Below are positions 1 to 11,267 of a stretch of 64,000 nt of DNA, in pieces. The stretch lies in assembly GCA_001949185.1 (NCBI GenBank), contig BDGG01000006.1, positions 168,827 through 232,826 on the forward strand, read 5' to 3'. Under the pieces are notes generated by a model that had not been told where the DNA came from, made no database searches, and saw only the letters and a list, made by a program, of their open reading frames with translations. A program made the position numbers and the translations under genes. Every line of letters begins with the position of its first letter. Position 1 is the first letter of the stretch. Origin of the DNA: Ramazzottius varieornatus. Its lineage: Eukaryota > Animalia > Tardigrada.

Positions 1-1092
1 ATGAGTGAAGACGAAGCAGTTGTCGATCAGTACCTGGAAGAAATAGCTTGCCTGTCGAAGGATGAGCTGGATCGTCGACTGGGCAAGTTCGGAGTGAAGC
101 CATTACCCAAAGCCCAGGCTGTCGCCTTCCTCCAATACGTCTATAGGGTTAAAGGTATGAAAAGTCCGGGAAAGAAACGGGCTACCAAGTCCAAGAAGAA
201 GAAGACTCCGAGAAAGAACACGCCAAAGAAATACACCAAAGCGAAAAAGCCAAGAACCGCAATGGAAGCCAAAGATCAACCGGACAATGCTCCGTCAACA
301 TCGACTGCTGCCGTCGCCGATCTGCCTTCCGGACATCAGGAGGCCCTTCCAAAGCAGAAAAGAAAGTCAAAAGGAGACGACTATAAAGTCAAACTCTTGA
401 ACTCTTCTTCGGATGACGAACGAGAAGAAGCAGAATCAATAACGATCAACACGTACTAGCATTGCTATTTCGATACAACTTTCACAGACGTGCAAACCAT
501 TCTGTCCATACCTATTTTGTATGAGCGTGTGCACGTGTGTGAGATGAGTGATGAGGATGGCCAGCGGCTATCCCAAAGTATCGTACTTTTAAAGTATGCT
601 ATATACTGACGGCCGAGCGGATAACTGCATTATAATATGTGGCTTTAGGCAGGATGTGATGGATATTCCCGTGGAAGAACTGGAGGAAGGTAGCGACAGT
701 GCGCCAAGGCCGAAGGTGGTGCTAAGGAGGCTGAGAACGGCGGAAGAAGTGGACGCCTTCATGATGCAGTACATTCTCGACCGTCCGGACCTTCACGAAA
801 GAATACTGCAGTACGAAACCGTCTACCTCAAACCGCTATTGAAGCAGCTGAAAGAGGAAGAAGGCGTAGTTCCAAAGGCTGATCTCTTGATGGACTTCTT
901 CGACGCAAAGGTAAGAAACCAGAACGCACCGAAAAGAATTTTCTAGGGAAGTCTTAATCTCAGTTCGTTCCGGCCTTACATCTTACTTTCGACGGCCTTT
1001 TTGTCCTTCAGACGATATGCTTTTCGCAACATAATGCCGAGAAGCCGAGGCAGTGGGGCGGAAGTAAGGACAAGAAGAGGCGGAAACGTTAA
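1..1092 (+). CDS. SLX4: Structure-specific endonuclease scaffold SLX4, SAP domain plus C-terminal SLX1-binding domain; possibly 5'-partial
   Basis: Exons 1-452, 649-910 and 1012-1092 join in frame via GT-AG introns. The SAP motif LSKDELDRRLGKFGVKPLPKAQAVAFLQYVY and the C-terminal motif LHERILQYETVYLKPLLKQLK...LLMDFFDAK|TICF match SLX4. Confidence 0.85.
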
Positions 1093-1202
1093 CGACAAAC
1101 AGTGACGTGCATCTTGTGGCAGTTAACTGAGTTGAGGTTAGTCTCTGTTGCATGCCCAGTTTTTTCCTCATTTGGAATCACCCGGTAATTTTCCGAATGT
1201 CG

Positions 1203-4138
1203 TTAACGGTCTCTTTCAATAGTTTCCATTAACATGGTCTTTTCAAACTTTATGTCTGTCTCACGCCGAGCACGGAATCTCTTTCCATTGGGCATCTCAT
1301 TTCTTGAAGGAAGAAAGCTGTACAGTGCGTACAACCGCTAGAAAAGTTTATAATAAATTTTAGCTCTTGAGAAGAAGATTCACCGAATGGCACGTGTCTG
1401 CGATTTCTGCCACATGTGCACTTCCTGTCGAATTTCGCGGACAGTTCGTTCATAAGGCGATCGTACTCTTTCAGGCATCTCATCTGGATTGGATGGCCTT
1501 AATGGAGCTCCACGACTTTCACCGTTGACACCTCGGTCTCGAACTCGCCGCTCCTCTTTTTCTTCCCGTTCCTCCGGAGAGGTGATCCTACTTCTGTCTA
1601 GTGGTACGTCTCTTTGTCGCGTTCTATATGTCCGCGGCGGGTCGATTTCTTGTGGCCCGAGGCTTTCTTCTTGATGGTTAATTGCTGTGGTTTGTGATTC
1701 AGCAGCTGGCTGTATCATCCTCCTAGTTGGCGGAATAGGTTGCTGAGGTATCGACGGCCCTTGGCCATTACTTTGTAGTTCCAGACTCCCTTCCAGCACG
1801 GTGCTGCTGGTCAGCCTCAGTGGATCGACGCGATTCGTCCTGGGCAAACATCCAGTAAGATTAGGGTGAAGTCAGTTAGTATTTCCGAGTATGACTTACT
1901 TGACGACAGATAGAAGCCTGACACGCTTGTCCGTATTTGACGGTATCGCATTTGTAGGATGGACGGTGGCTATCCACGAATGCTGACGGAAGGTACGTGG
2001 CTCATTGATCATGCGAGGTGGCTTGGCTGGGGGAAGCATGGCGGAAATCCTTTGGCGGAACTCGGGTGCATACTGTCCATTGGTCGGCAAGGGTTCTTCT
2101 GGTTGTGCATACATATCATCAAACGCCTGGTTGGTATAATAAGTGTTGTAGTTGTTGTAGGAAGACGGATAATGCGCGGGATGCTCGAGGGTGCGAGTTG
2201 GAGGACGGTCTGTCCTGCTCAGTGTGGCCCGACGAGGAAGTACGACGGTTTGAATACCTTGGTCCATCGATAAAGGCTGACCAGAGACCGGTGGTGGAAT
2301 GTAAACTACACCGTTGGACTCGGTCGTAACCACCACCTGCAACCAGGTATGACTTTGGTTCTATTGGACGTTCTGCGCAGATTCGAATAAACTTGGGATA
2401 TTCATATAGACTGCCATGTACATTTTGTGGGTCCGTTTTGGACGGTTTCTTGGTGCATTTAATGTAGATGAGGAGAACGAGCCAAACGAGAGCGATTGTC
2501 ATCAGGACAATGGCCACCTGAAAGGGGTTAAATCTTCAAGGGATGTCGAAAGCGTTAGGCTGAATCAATTTGTTCGATGGAACGAAGCGAGGACAAACAT
2601 CAGGATGGATGATGGACTGGCCAACGAACTGACTTACTCACCGTGGACAAGGCCACAACGGCAGCCAGCATCGACCACGAAGTCAAGGCATTCGGCGCAC
2701 TCACCACTGCCAACGGACCGCCAATGCTGCCGTTCGATAACGTCCCGTTGCTTCCATCGACAGCCGGTAACACTGCTCCAGAGACCCCTCTTTGGTAAGT
2801 GAACTGAACTTTGAACAGAACATGCCAATCAAGATAAAGAGATGCTTATTTACCAGTTATATTCTGTAAGACAGTAGCCTGTAGAACTCTGTCCAGTTCT
2901 TCGTTGGTTAGTAGGGCGAATCGCTGTGCGACTTCCCAGGCAGGTAGAACGTTTGTGCCATTTCGCACAGTAAAGATGGCACTGGCATTCCTTGGAGTAT
3001 TTGGAAGACTGTTAGTCAGGAAAAGCTGTGCAATCTGTCAACAATAAGGAGGAAACAGGTCAAGAGTTGGTTACGTTAGATTGGCCGGAAGTAAGCTCAC
3101 ACCTGAAGGGAGGGCGACCCGGACAGAGTGGTGACGGCGGTTGAAACAGTCAAATTACTTGCGACAAGGTTGGAAACATTGAGGGGCAGTGTAGAGTTTT
3201 GTATCAAGCTGTTGTAACGGGACTGTCCCAGACGGTAAAGTTGCAGAAGGCGCTCTTCCAGACTGTGCAGTAGTTGAATGTCCGTAATTGCAGGTTCCCC
3301 ATTCGGCAAACTCAGTACTAAGGTTGAATTAATTTGGCTGATTATTATGACAAACTCACAGTTGATTTGGTAAAGGGGTGAATTGGGCGCTGCCTACGTG
3401 TGCTAAGGAAAATGGGAACAGGTAGAGTGGTGGTGTTGTGTACATTTGGCTGGCTTTCCGTTCTACTTGGCGTTGTTGTGGTAGCACCAAAACGTGAAAG
3501 TGGGTCGAATCGAGGCGTTGATCGTGTCGTTTGGAAGGGACTCCCGGCGGCAGCGTAAACAATGGTTGGCGGCATCCGGCCGTCTTCTATGGTGGCACTG
3601 CTAGGCGTTGATGCTGAAGATGGCGTCGTCCTGGTCGTTGTAGAAGTGGGTTTTCTGGTGCTGCTGACACTTGTTGGGCTTGTGGAGGATGTTGTAAAGG
3701 TTGGAGAGGTGGAATATGTGATCGAGGTTGATCTTGTAGTGAGGCGGGATGTTTGAAGACTGGGGCTGGCGGCTAGTGTGGTGAGAGTGGAAGGAAAGAG
3801 GACGGAGAACCAGGAAGGGCGAGTGACCGCGGACTGGTCAAGGGACCAGTTGAGGTGGACGGGATAGCGGACCGCTTCCGTTGTTTGCCCATCGTATTGT
3901 ATGATGTCTTCCACATCGCGCTTACGCACCTCCACTGTAACAAATGTTTCCATTAAGCGCTTTCTGACGTTTTTTGAAATGCAGGAGCCATTACTATATA
4001 ATTATTATGCCCAACGTACTTGTGCTTTGAGAAACGGCGAGAGATATCATGTTGAACAAACGAAGCAATCCGACGAGGGCAAAAGAGGGGCAGAAATTCG
4101 GCCACATTCTGTCGGAATGGCAAGGCTATTATTCCCAT
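1203..4138 (-). CDS. Multi-exon type I membrane protein with Ser/Thr-rich mucin-like stalk and SEA-like region, KIAA1549/UPF0606-like; start uncertain
   Basis: Spliced ORFs 3345-3953 (S/T-rich), 3097-3309 (LLHSLEERLLQLY) and ~2853-3035 (AIFTVRNGTNVLPAWEVAQRF). TM segment WSMLAAVVALST|VAIVLMTIALVWLVLLIYIKC. Pro-rich cytoplasmic exons 1896-2342 and 1380-1847; last exon ends at TAA 1203-1205. The family call comes from recalled similarity only. Confidence 0.6.
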
Positions 4139-5284
4139 CGAACAAAGTCCAAATAACCAACATGGCTCATGCTATTTGTCAGAAAATCAGTCCTCCGCTG
4201 TATGCTCTTAATGACAGTATTCTTTTCTCGTTGTAGATTCTACGCCAAGCTGGCGATCTTGGGAAGAGAGTGGTAAAATTGGAAGTGGAGGCCAGTGTAG
4301 AGTGAGGGAAATATGTAAGTCGATGGGCACTTGTAATCACGGAAAGAGAGATGTGTGCCAACCTGCTTGCTCATGCACCTTTACGGTAGGGCAATATGGA
4401 CACAACAGCTCATCTCATCCCGTCCCGAAAGAGGGAGACTATCGAATGAGTCAATGCTCCGATGCGTCATGCTGGACAGCGAAGGGATCGTAAGAGCAGG
4501 GTAAACGGTCGCAAGGGCCTCACTTGCTTGACGTCCATCAGCGTAGCCGATCGATGCTGGCCTGATTCCTCGATGGCAAAAAGGTGTTTGGGATGTGTCT
4601 GTAACCCGTAAGACTCTTCCCTCCTCCCCAACCGATCATGCTAGCTTTGATCCTGGATGCAAGGCCGCTTTTGTACAAGGTGGAGACTGAAAGGTAAGCT
4701 GGGACGGGGCAGCGTGTTGCGCACAATGCAAGGCTGTGATTTGCCTACATCCACTCATAATATTGATTTGCCATCTATCCAATGTGGCCATAAAGCAAGG
4801 GACCACGTCGGGTAAACCGGTAAGTAATTCCCCTTTGATCGACCCAATAACCTACCTCCTGCTATGCATACCATTTGCAGGTGCTTATAGGCTACCGCTA
4901 TGTACCGATACCTGGTCAAGTTGTCGGCAGAGGTCGCTGCATGTCATAGTGCCCGCTCACTGCCTTCACATGTACGAGACAGCTTCGTTTTCCATGGCGT
5001 TATTGCCTTTATTTTCTACTTGTAAAGGTGTGAAATTACTTTGCCTGCATTGAAGGTGCCATGGACCACAGGTGGAAATTAGCGCGGGAAAAGTACTCCG
5101 AAGACGAACTTGAAACAAAGCAAATCTCTAGCGGACACTCTGCAGTCGTCGACTACAAAATAACGTAAGTTAAGTCACGATGACACCATAACGCGCTACA
5201 GGAAAAACGAGGAATAAGTTTGCTCCAAGAGCACAAGGGGAAATACGACTTTGGAAATATACGGCCTTGGAAATTCACAATTAA

Positions 5285-5433
5285 CGAGGGGATTTTTCCA
5301 ATCCGCCGCCTCTGATCCTCAAACCGACATCACAGGTGGATAGAGAAGAGTTTTCTCTATAGTCTGAACCGGAAACCTGGTCATATTTCCGTTCCTGGAA
5401 TAAACTGCAGGAACCGGAAGTTACGTCAAAATT
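5285..5433. repeat. Left TIR of the Tc4/Tc5-like element
   Basis: Reverse complement of 7640-7788, 145/149 identical. Confidence 0.95.
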
Positions 5434-5510
5434 CCAACACAGGTGGCGCTACAAGTTAACCTGTTACTTCCGTCCTCGTAAAGATATCTAGTGGAAAATT
5501 CGAAAAAACA

Positions 5511-7479
5511 TTAAGGCAGGTAGATGGTACAGAAATGATGAACATCATAGAAATGGTGAAAACAGAGGCGACCTTTGCACCACCCACAGACCAGAAGGAC
5601 AGTATTCTTACAGTTATTATGAATGCAGCGGCCATTCAGCTTCTTGAACATGAAGCTTGAGGGGTTCACATACTGTACCCGTTCATCCGTATATCCCGAC
5701 TTGAACCAGGCACGTACAATTAGGTTCTCGAATCTGGGTGACTGAAGCTGCTGATACAGTAAGGAATGAAGTTTTAGGATTACGTCCCTATGATGGACAT
5801 GTACAGGAATATCATTAACAAACACGAAATTTGAGATCTTTTTGAAACATCCCTTGTACATCCGGAAGCAAAGAACATCCAACGGCTGGATACTACCAGT
5901 CACTTTGGGAGGTATGGTGATCATCTCGTACTGCAGCTCTTCGGGCTTGAGTTCGATAACAGCGTCCTGATCGGTGAACGTCTTCCAGGAGTCAGCCAGA
6001 AGGATACAGCGGTCTTCCATATGCGGAAACAACACTTTTTCGGACCATTCCAGGTAGAGCTTCTTCGTCATTTTTCCCGATGTCGACGCAGTGATGTACA
6101 GGTTATCAGCTTTGAATATCGTTTTCGACACGATTGGGCCAAAGACTCCTTTTTCTTCTTTCAGGGTGATGAACAAAATAGGATGAAACTTTCGTGTGCC
6201 GGGAGAGATTGTCATCATGACAGTATAGGAATGAGTCATGGAATTTTCGGACTGGGTTATAGCCTCGACGTGTTTCACGCCTTTCTGCTCCAAAGTTCCC
6301 CCGGGCCTCATCTCATATTCAAATCCCGACTGATCCGTGTTCCAAAGACAGTCCAATCCGTGCTCCGCTATTCTGGATCTGACCAGCGCAACACACTCTT
6401 CTGCACTTTGCTTGACTTGGGAAGCTGCTTCGAGGGACTTCTTTGTGACGAACTTCGTTATCTTTCGATCAACTATTCCGTAGTACCTGCCAAAATAGCA
6501 TAAATGTCATCGGAACACTGCCAGCAAATTGGAAAAGGTCGTTTTTTTCAAGTGGCGCCGCTGTCACTTATTGAGTACGGTAACGTGCGCTACTTGAACT
6601 GACGATTCAGGTGAAATCGTTTGCCGACGTTCAAATACAGAAGATTTGCCTTCGTTAAATCGATAAGTAAATTCTTGCACGATATCAATTACCGTTTGAA
6701 TTTTGACACCCAGTACGGCGAAGCGGTGAAACCAGGTAGATCCACATCATTATTCGCGGTTATCGCCCATCGTTGAAGATCCAAATCCTTGACCACTTGT
6801 CTCTTCTGCTTGGCCATGAAGTACTGCTTTGCTGTCTCCAAGCGAATGACTTTCAATTTGTCGAATCGAGATCCGCCTTCAGCTAGCTGTTTCTTCCAGT
6901 CTCTTAGCTGTCGTTCGTCCCGAACTTTTGTGAAATGGTTTCGGACTGAAGACAAGCTCCGCCGTTTCTTTGCTGTAGCGTTACACCAGTAATCAACAGC
7001 ACGTTTCTTGTAGTCGAGATTGACAGCTTGGCTTGACGGAACTCTTGGATCTGGGAGTCGCGGAACAAATATTTCGTGGGACGAAGGTTCAGTGTTACTT
7101 GTAACGGGCTCGTTCAAGCGATCATCTTCGAAGAAATAACGTTCGGCGCTACCGCTCAACAGGTTAGCATCACCCGCCGTCTTTTCAAAGTCGTCGAACG
7201 TTAGCCCGTCGAGCTGTAGGTCCCCCTGCAAGTCCTCTTCAACCTCCAGCACAGGACTGTCGCTTCGAGCAATTTTGATGTCAATAAGATCTAGAATATT
7301 CCAACAATCCGGTGAAACAAAACCTCTTACTTCTGCACTGAACCTTCGGAAAAATACCTACCTTTGATAAGGTCTTTCAGCTGCTTGTCCGCTTCACTTG
7401 GCGCATCGTCCGGTTGATACCGGAGTTTGTATTCCTCTCCCAGGAGCTTTAGCACGTTCAAGGGATTGATGGAGTACAT
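5511..7479 (-). CDS. Tc5-like DD37D transposase, 563 aa, 3 exons
   Basis: Exons 7479-7362, 7290-6693 and 6486-5511 total 1692 nt in frame with GT-AG introns. CENP-B-like HTH (GFTASPYWVSKFKR), catalytic NTDQ / LADSW / QPLDV with 37 aa between D2 and D3, and a C-terminal Cys/His cluster CIHNNC...CGWC...CFHHF...HHFC. Confidence 0.9.
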
Positions 7480-7639
7480 CGCAGTGTTGTGGGAAGATTA
7501 TGGAGGAGAGAATCAACAAAAGATGCGTCATGCGACAGCGACAAGCTCATATGATGGAAGGAACAATCAATTTTGGCCAATCAACTATGAGTCAATCAAA
7601 CTTATTGATTGTGCCTCGGTCAATGTACAGTACCGCCCT

Positions 7640-7788
7640 AATTTTGACGTAACTTCCGGTTCCTGCAGTTTATTCCAGGAACGGAAACATGACCAGGTTT
7701 CCGGATCAGACTATAGAGAAAACTCTTCTCTATCCAACTGTGATGTCGGTTTGAGGATCAGAGGCGGCGGATTGGAAAAATCACCTCG
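7640..7788. repeat. Right TIR of the Tc4/Tc5-like element
   Basis: Reverse complement of 5285-5433. Confidence 0.95.
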
Positions 7789-10015
7789 TAAGCTGCAACG
7801 GTTGACGAAAACAATACAGGGAGGCACATTGATGCAAATGGGGGGGAACAGTGCTGCTTTGGCTCTCTGTAGTACTTCCACCGCACAACAAGTGTTGTGC
7901 AGCATGGTGTTGAGCACTGACAGGACAAGGTTGCGCCGTCGGTTTAGGTTCTCTTGAAACAATCTATCCCAATGCCGTCGTTATCACATTCTCGCACGAG
8001 ATTCCCTGTACGTCAAAAGGTTTTCTTGCATGAGGTTCTTTGGGTGATGTGTCGCTACTGTACACAACGTTGATAGTTACCGCTAGGAAAGACAGTTGCT
8101 TTGCATCGGCCATTATGCCGTCGTCCGGGTTTTCCACTAGCTCCCACCCAGCAATCAATCTTTACGGCAGCGAGTCGCGGGTTCCTCCTGACTTTGTCGT
8201 GCTGGCCCTTGAGATTTCTTTGCCAGGGTTTTCCCAAGCTGGCGGAGCCTCGATCGTTGAATACTGGGCCAAAAGAGGTCGTTACAGTCATCAGCCAAGC
8301 TATGGCAGGACCTCAACCACTTTCCTTCGTTGACACACCTCAAGCTGGCGTCGTTCTGCTGGTCGAGATTGTACCTTTGGGATCAGACTTCAGCCTTCAA
8401 ATTTGACGCCAGCAATGTGATTACATAATGCAGGATGAATTAAACAGCTTTCGGAACTGACTGTTGCGGCCAGTGATGTAGATTGATTGGACCAGATCAA
8501 ACACATGTGCTATGGAAGTTGAAGATCCAAAGGTATCTTCGGCGCTGCCGCTGGATGTCTTGTCACGTGGAGAGGTCACACATCTATCGCACTGTAGCTC
8601 TGTGGGCGTGATACAGCTGGCAGGCACAGCAAGAGCTGCCAGCAGATGACCAAAGTTCGTAATACGCCCAAATCATGCAAAGTCTTGAACAAGATCATCG
8701 AACTACAAGTCTACCGTGCCTCAGTGGGTTCCAGTCGCTAACACGCCGCATAGAATTTAATGGACCTTCACAGGCAGGAAGAAAGGAAGCTGAGGATTCT
8801 TGCTCGTCTATTTACACGTTTACAACTAGGCTTGCCATATTCTAATTCGGGTGATTTTCCGCAGTACCGTCGATGCTGCTATATTCGTTTGTGGTTTAAT
8901 TCTTTCTGTCGAAGTCAGTGGGGAATGGCGTGCTTGAAATGGGCTCTTTTGAGGAATGATGCGTATATGGGAGATAGCGACAGACGCCTTTTTCTTCGAG
9001 ATTACCGATCTACTCCAAACTGTGCATGTGGGAAAGTGGTGGATAGTCTTTTGCAAAATAGTCAACGTCCAGCCTGTGTTGCCCTGTTTGTTTTAGGTGT
9101 TGGCATTTCTCAAAGTTCAACATTTACGTCTTAGGGTGGACAGTAGTGTTTGATTAGCACTGAGCATTCCTTTCAGCGTCAAATTCTTCAGCTACTTGAC
9201 TGTAGAATAAGTGGCTTAGGCCGACTACGAAAAAGTGCTGGATATCACTTACAAAACAAATGAACGAGCGAGATGTTTGAACCTCGAAAAGGACAGAGGC
9301 TTGATGAGCCTCGCTGGGGTGTGCATGCGCACGGAAGGCGGCTCATCAGAGAGAGCAGAGAGACAGTAGCTTGTGTTTGTGCTGACATCTTTGCCCAATT
9401 AAGACGGTGTCCCTTTACATCACCTATTATCCATCGACATGTGACGGACGAATAGAGCTGAATAGAAGGTGCAGTGTTGCTCGCAGAGGTCATCCGCGCA
9501 TCAGCAATTTCTTTTAACAAACCACGAACCGCAATGGGCGCTGAATTCCCTCTTGTCTTTTCCATGGCCTTTGTGCAAAGGCAGCTCGCCTTGACGGCCA
9601 CCATTCACATATTGCATCATTGGACGCATCTTCGCTTACCTTCTTTACCTACCCGACCATTTTCCGCCACTTGTATAGTCATTGACAGTAAGGGTTCCAC
9701 AAAAGGTATTCAACGCTCTGAAGAGAAATGTGTCGAACAGCGCGTTTACAGGGAAGGGGATTATCGAAGATAGGAACTTTGCCTATTTGTAAATGGGTAT
9801 ATTCCGTGGTAGTCTAAGGAACGCCAAGTATATGAGCGTTGGACGGCAGAGGGACAAGTAGGATCGTCTTTCACCGACGATGCACGTCTTTTTCTTCAGT
9901 AGGCCCTAGACTGTATTATGGGCAGAAGAGTAAAGTCAAATAATTGGCCAGTGCAAAGATGCCACCACAACGTCTAGTCTAACTTTGCGCTTAAACCTTC
10001 CTTGCTTGAATTCCG

Positions 10016-10035
10016 TCCATCGATCGATCGATGGA
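10016..10035. repeat. Perfect 20-bp palindrome in a GATC-rich patch
   Basis: TCCATCGATCGATCGATGGA equals its own reverse complement. Confidence 0.9.
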
Positions 10036-10390
10036 TGGTCATTCGATCGCCATCGATCGATCGGCCGGAGCGGATGATCGCCTTTACAGACTACAGGGTG
10101 GACCAATGGTCGACATTTCCTCATAGCTACAGAAATGATCTGCTTTCTTAGCTTTTATCCACACAATGAGCACAGCGCCAAGCCCAACAAAGATGAGGCA
10201 GCTCCGCTTTTACAGTTAAGCCGCCAGGAATTTCCAACTTGTCACAAGTATTTCCCTTCTCAGCCACTAAAGCCCAGTAGCAGTAGGCAATGTTGACTTT
10301 TTCGATTTTTAATCCTTTCAAATCTGTTCAGCAAAGTCTCACCAGCATGCTGTCGCTCACTGCAGCGTGGTAAAGATGGTGCTATGTTCT

Positions 10391-11267
10391 GTACACGCAC
10401 GACGAGATATTACGGGCCAGTAAAAATTACGGACCAGGCCTTTTCGCTACGGCGGCACGGGCAGGTGATTCTTGCTTCAAGTAAAAACCACATCGAAGGC
10501 TCACTGCTGTACGTGCCTGCTGGATATTGGGCCGAGAAGCTAAAGCTTGTCATATTAATCAGGCCGAGCGAAGCGAGGCCCTTTTAAGTCTGTCGAGATT
10601 TCAATGGACGATCAGATTCTTCGAGCTTTCAGATATCGCAAACACAGTACTGAAAAAAGACACGCCACTTGATTGGGGTGATTAAAAATTTTACTGCGGA
10701 ACCGTACTGTGAGTCACAAGTTACGACTTACGATGGCAGTACATGTAACTAGCCTAATTATTGGCCTGTTATCAATTATTGGCCACCCGTTTATTTCGAC
10801 GATCAGTGAGTGACTCGATTGAATCGACTGAAGATCATCCACATAGCTTATGAACATGGCAAGCTGGCAAATTCTCCCGTGATACAAGAGAAAGTTGCCG
10901 AGGAAAAACGATTACTTGCATTGCAGTAACGCAGTAAAAGTGCTCGCTCTACAATGGTTTTCCTCCTTTGCTCGGCCTTTCCAGTGGTCAGAACCACTAG
11001 CTAGTGTTATAGCAGTCAGATCTCCATTATACCTTCAACAGTTCAAACTATTCCAAGGCTTCTCCGGCCTCCGGGAGAAAGTCGACAGCAGCATAGAAGC
11101 GTAAGAGTAAAACAGCTGATCAGCTGATGGACACTGTCCATGACAATTTTCGACGGTTGAATTTTACTACGCAACGTCATTTGTGCGATCTCTGTTTCTG
11201 ACTTCCATACAAATTGTAAAATTGCCGTTTTTTCCGCCTGGCCCGTAATATCTCGTCGTGGGTGTAC
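10391..11267. repeat. Inverted pair of a dispersed repeat, probably DNA-transposon remnants
   Basis: 10391-10420 GTACACGCACGACGAGATATTACGGGCCAG matches the reverse complement of 11238-11267 at 29/30. Weaker similarity extends outward; no TSD found. Confidence 0.6.

Larger units (their letters stand above)
5285..7788 (-). mobile_element. Tc4/Tc5-type (IS630-Tc1-mariner group) DNA transposon, apparently intact and autonomous
   Basis: 149-bp TIRs at 5285-5433 and 7640-7788 with 4 mismatches, termini CGAGG...CCTCG. TAA is duplicated at 5282-5284 and 7789-7791 (TNA TSD). Contains a transposase gene. Confidence 0.93.

Noticed and set aside
5283-5290. Reading the transposon as a TA-duplicating mariner or pogo
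   Set aside because: The left flank is AA rather than TA, TAA is present on both sides, and the protein is Tc5-like DD37D
7427-7962. ORFs 7427-7957 (+) and 7711-7962 (-)
   Set aside because: They cross the TIR and TSD boundary, so they are chance ORFs
8577-8698. Signal-peptide-like ORF as first exon of the KIAA1549-like gene, placing the transposon in an intron
   Set aside because: Weak donor; a closer in-frame exon at ~4019-4170 with a good GTACGT donor explains the N-terminus
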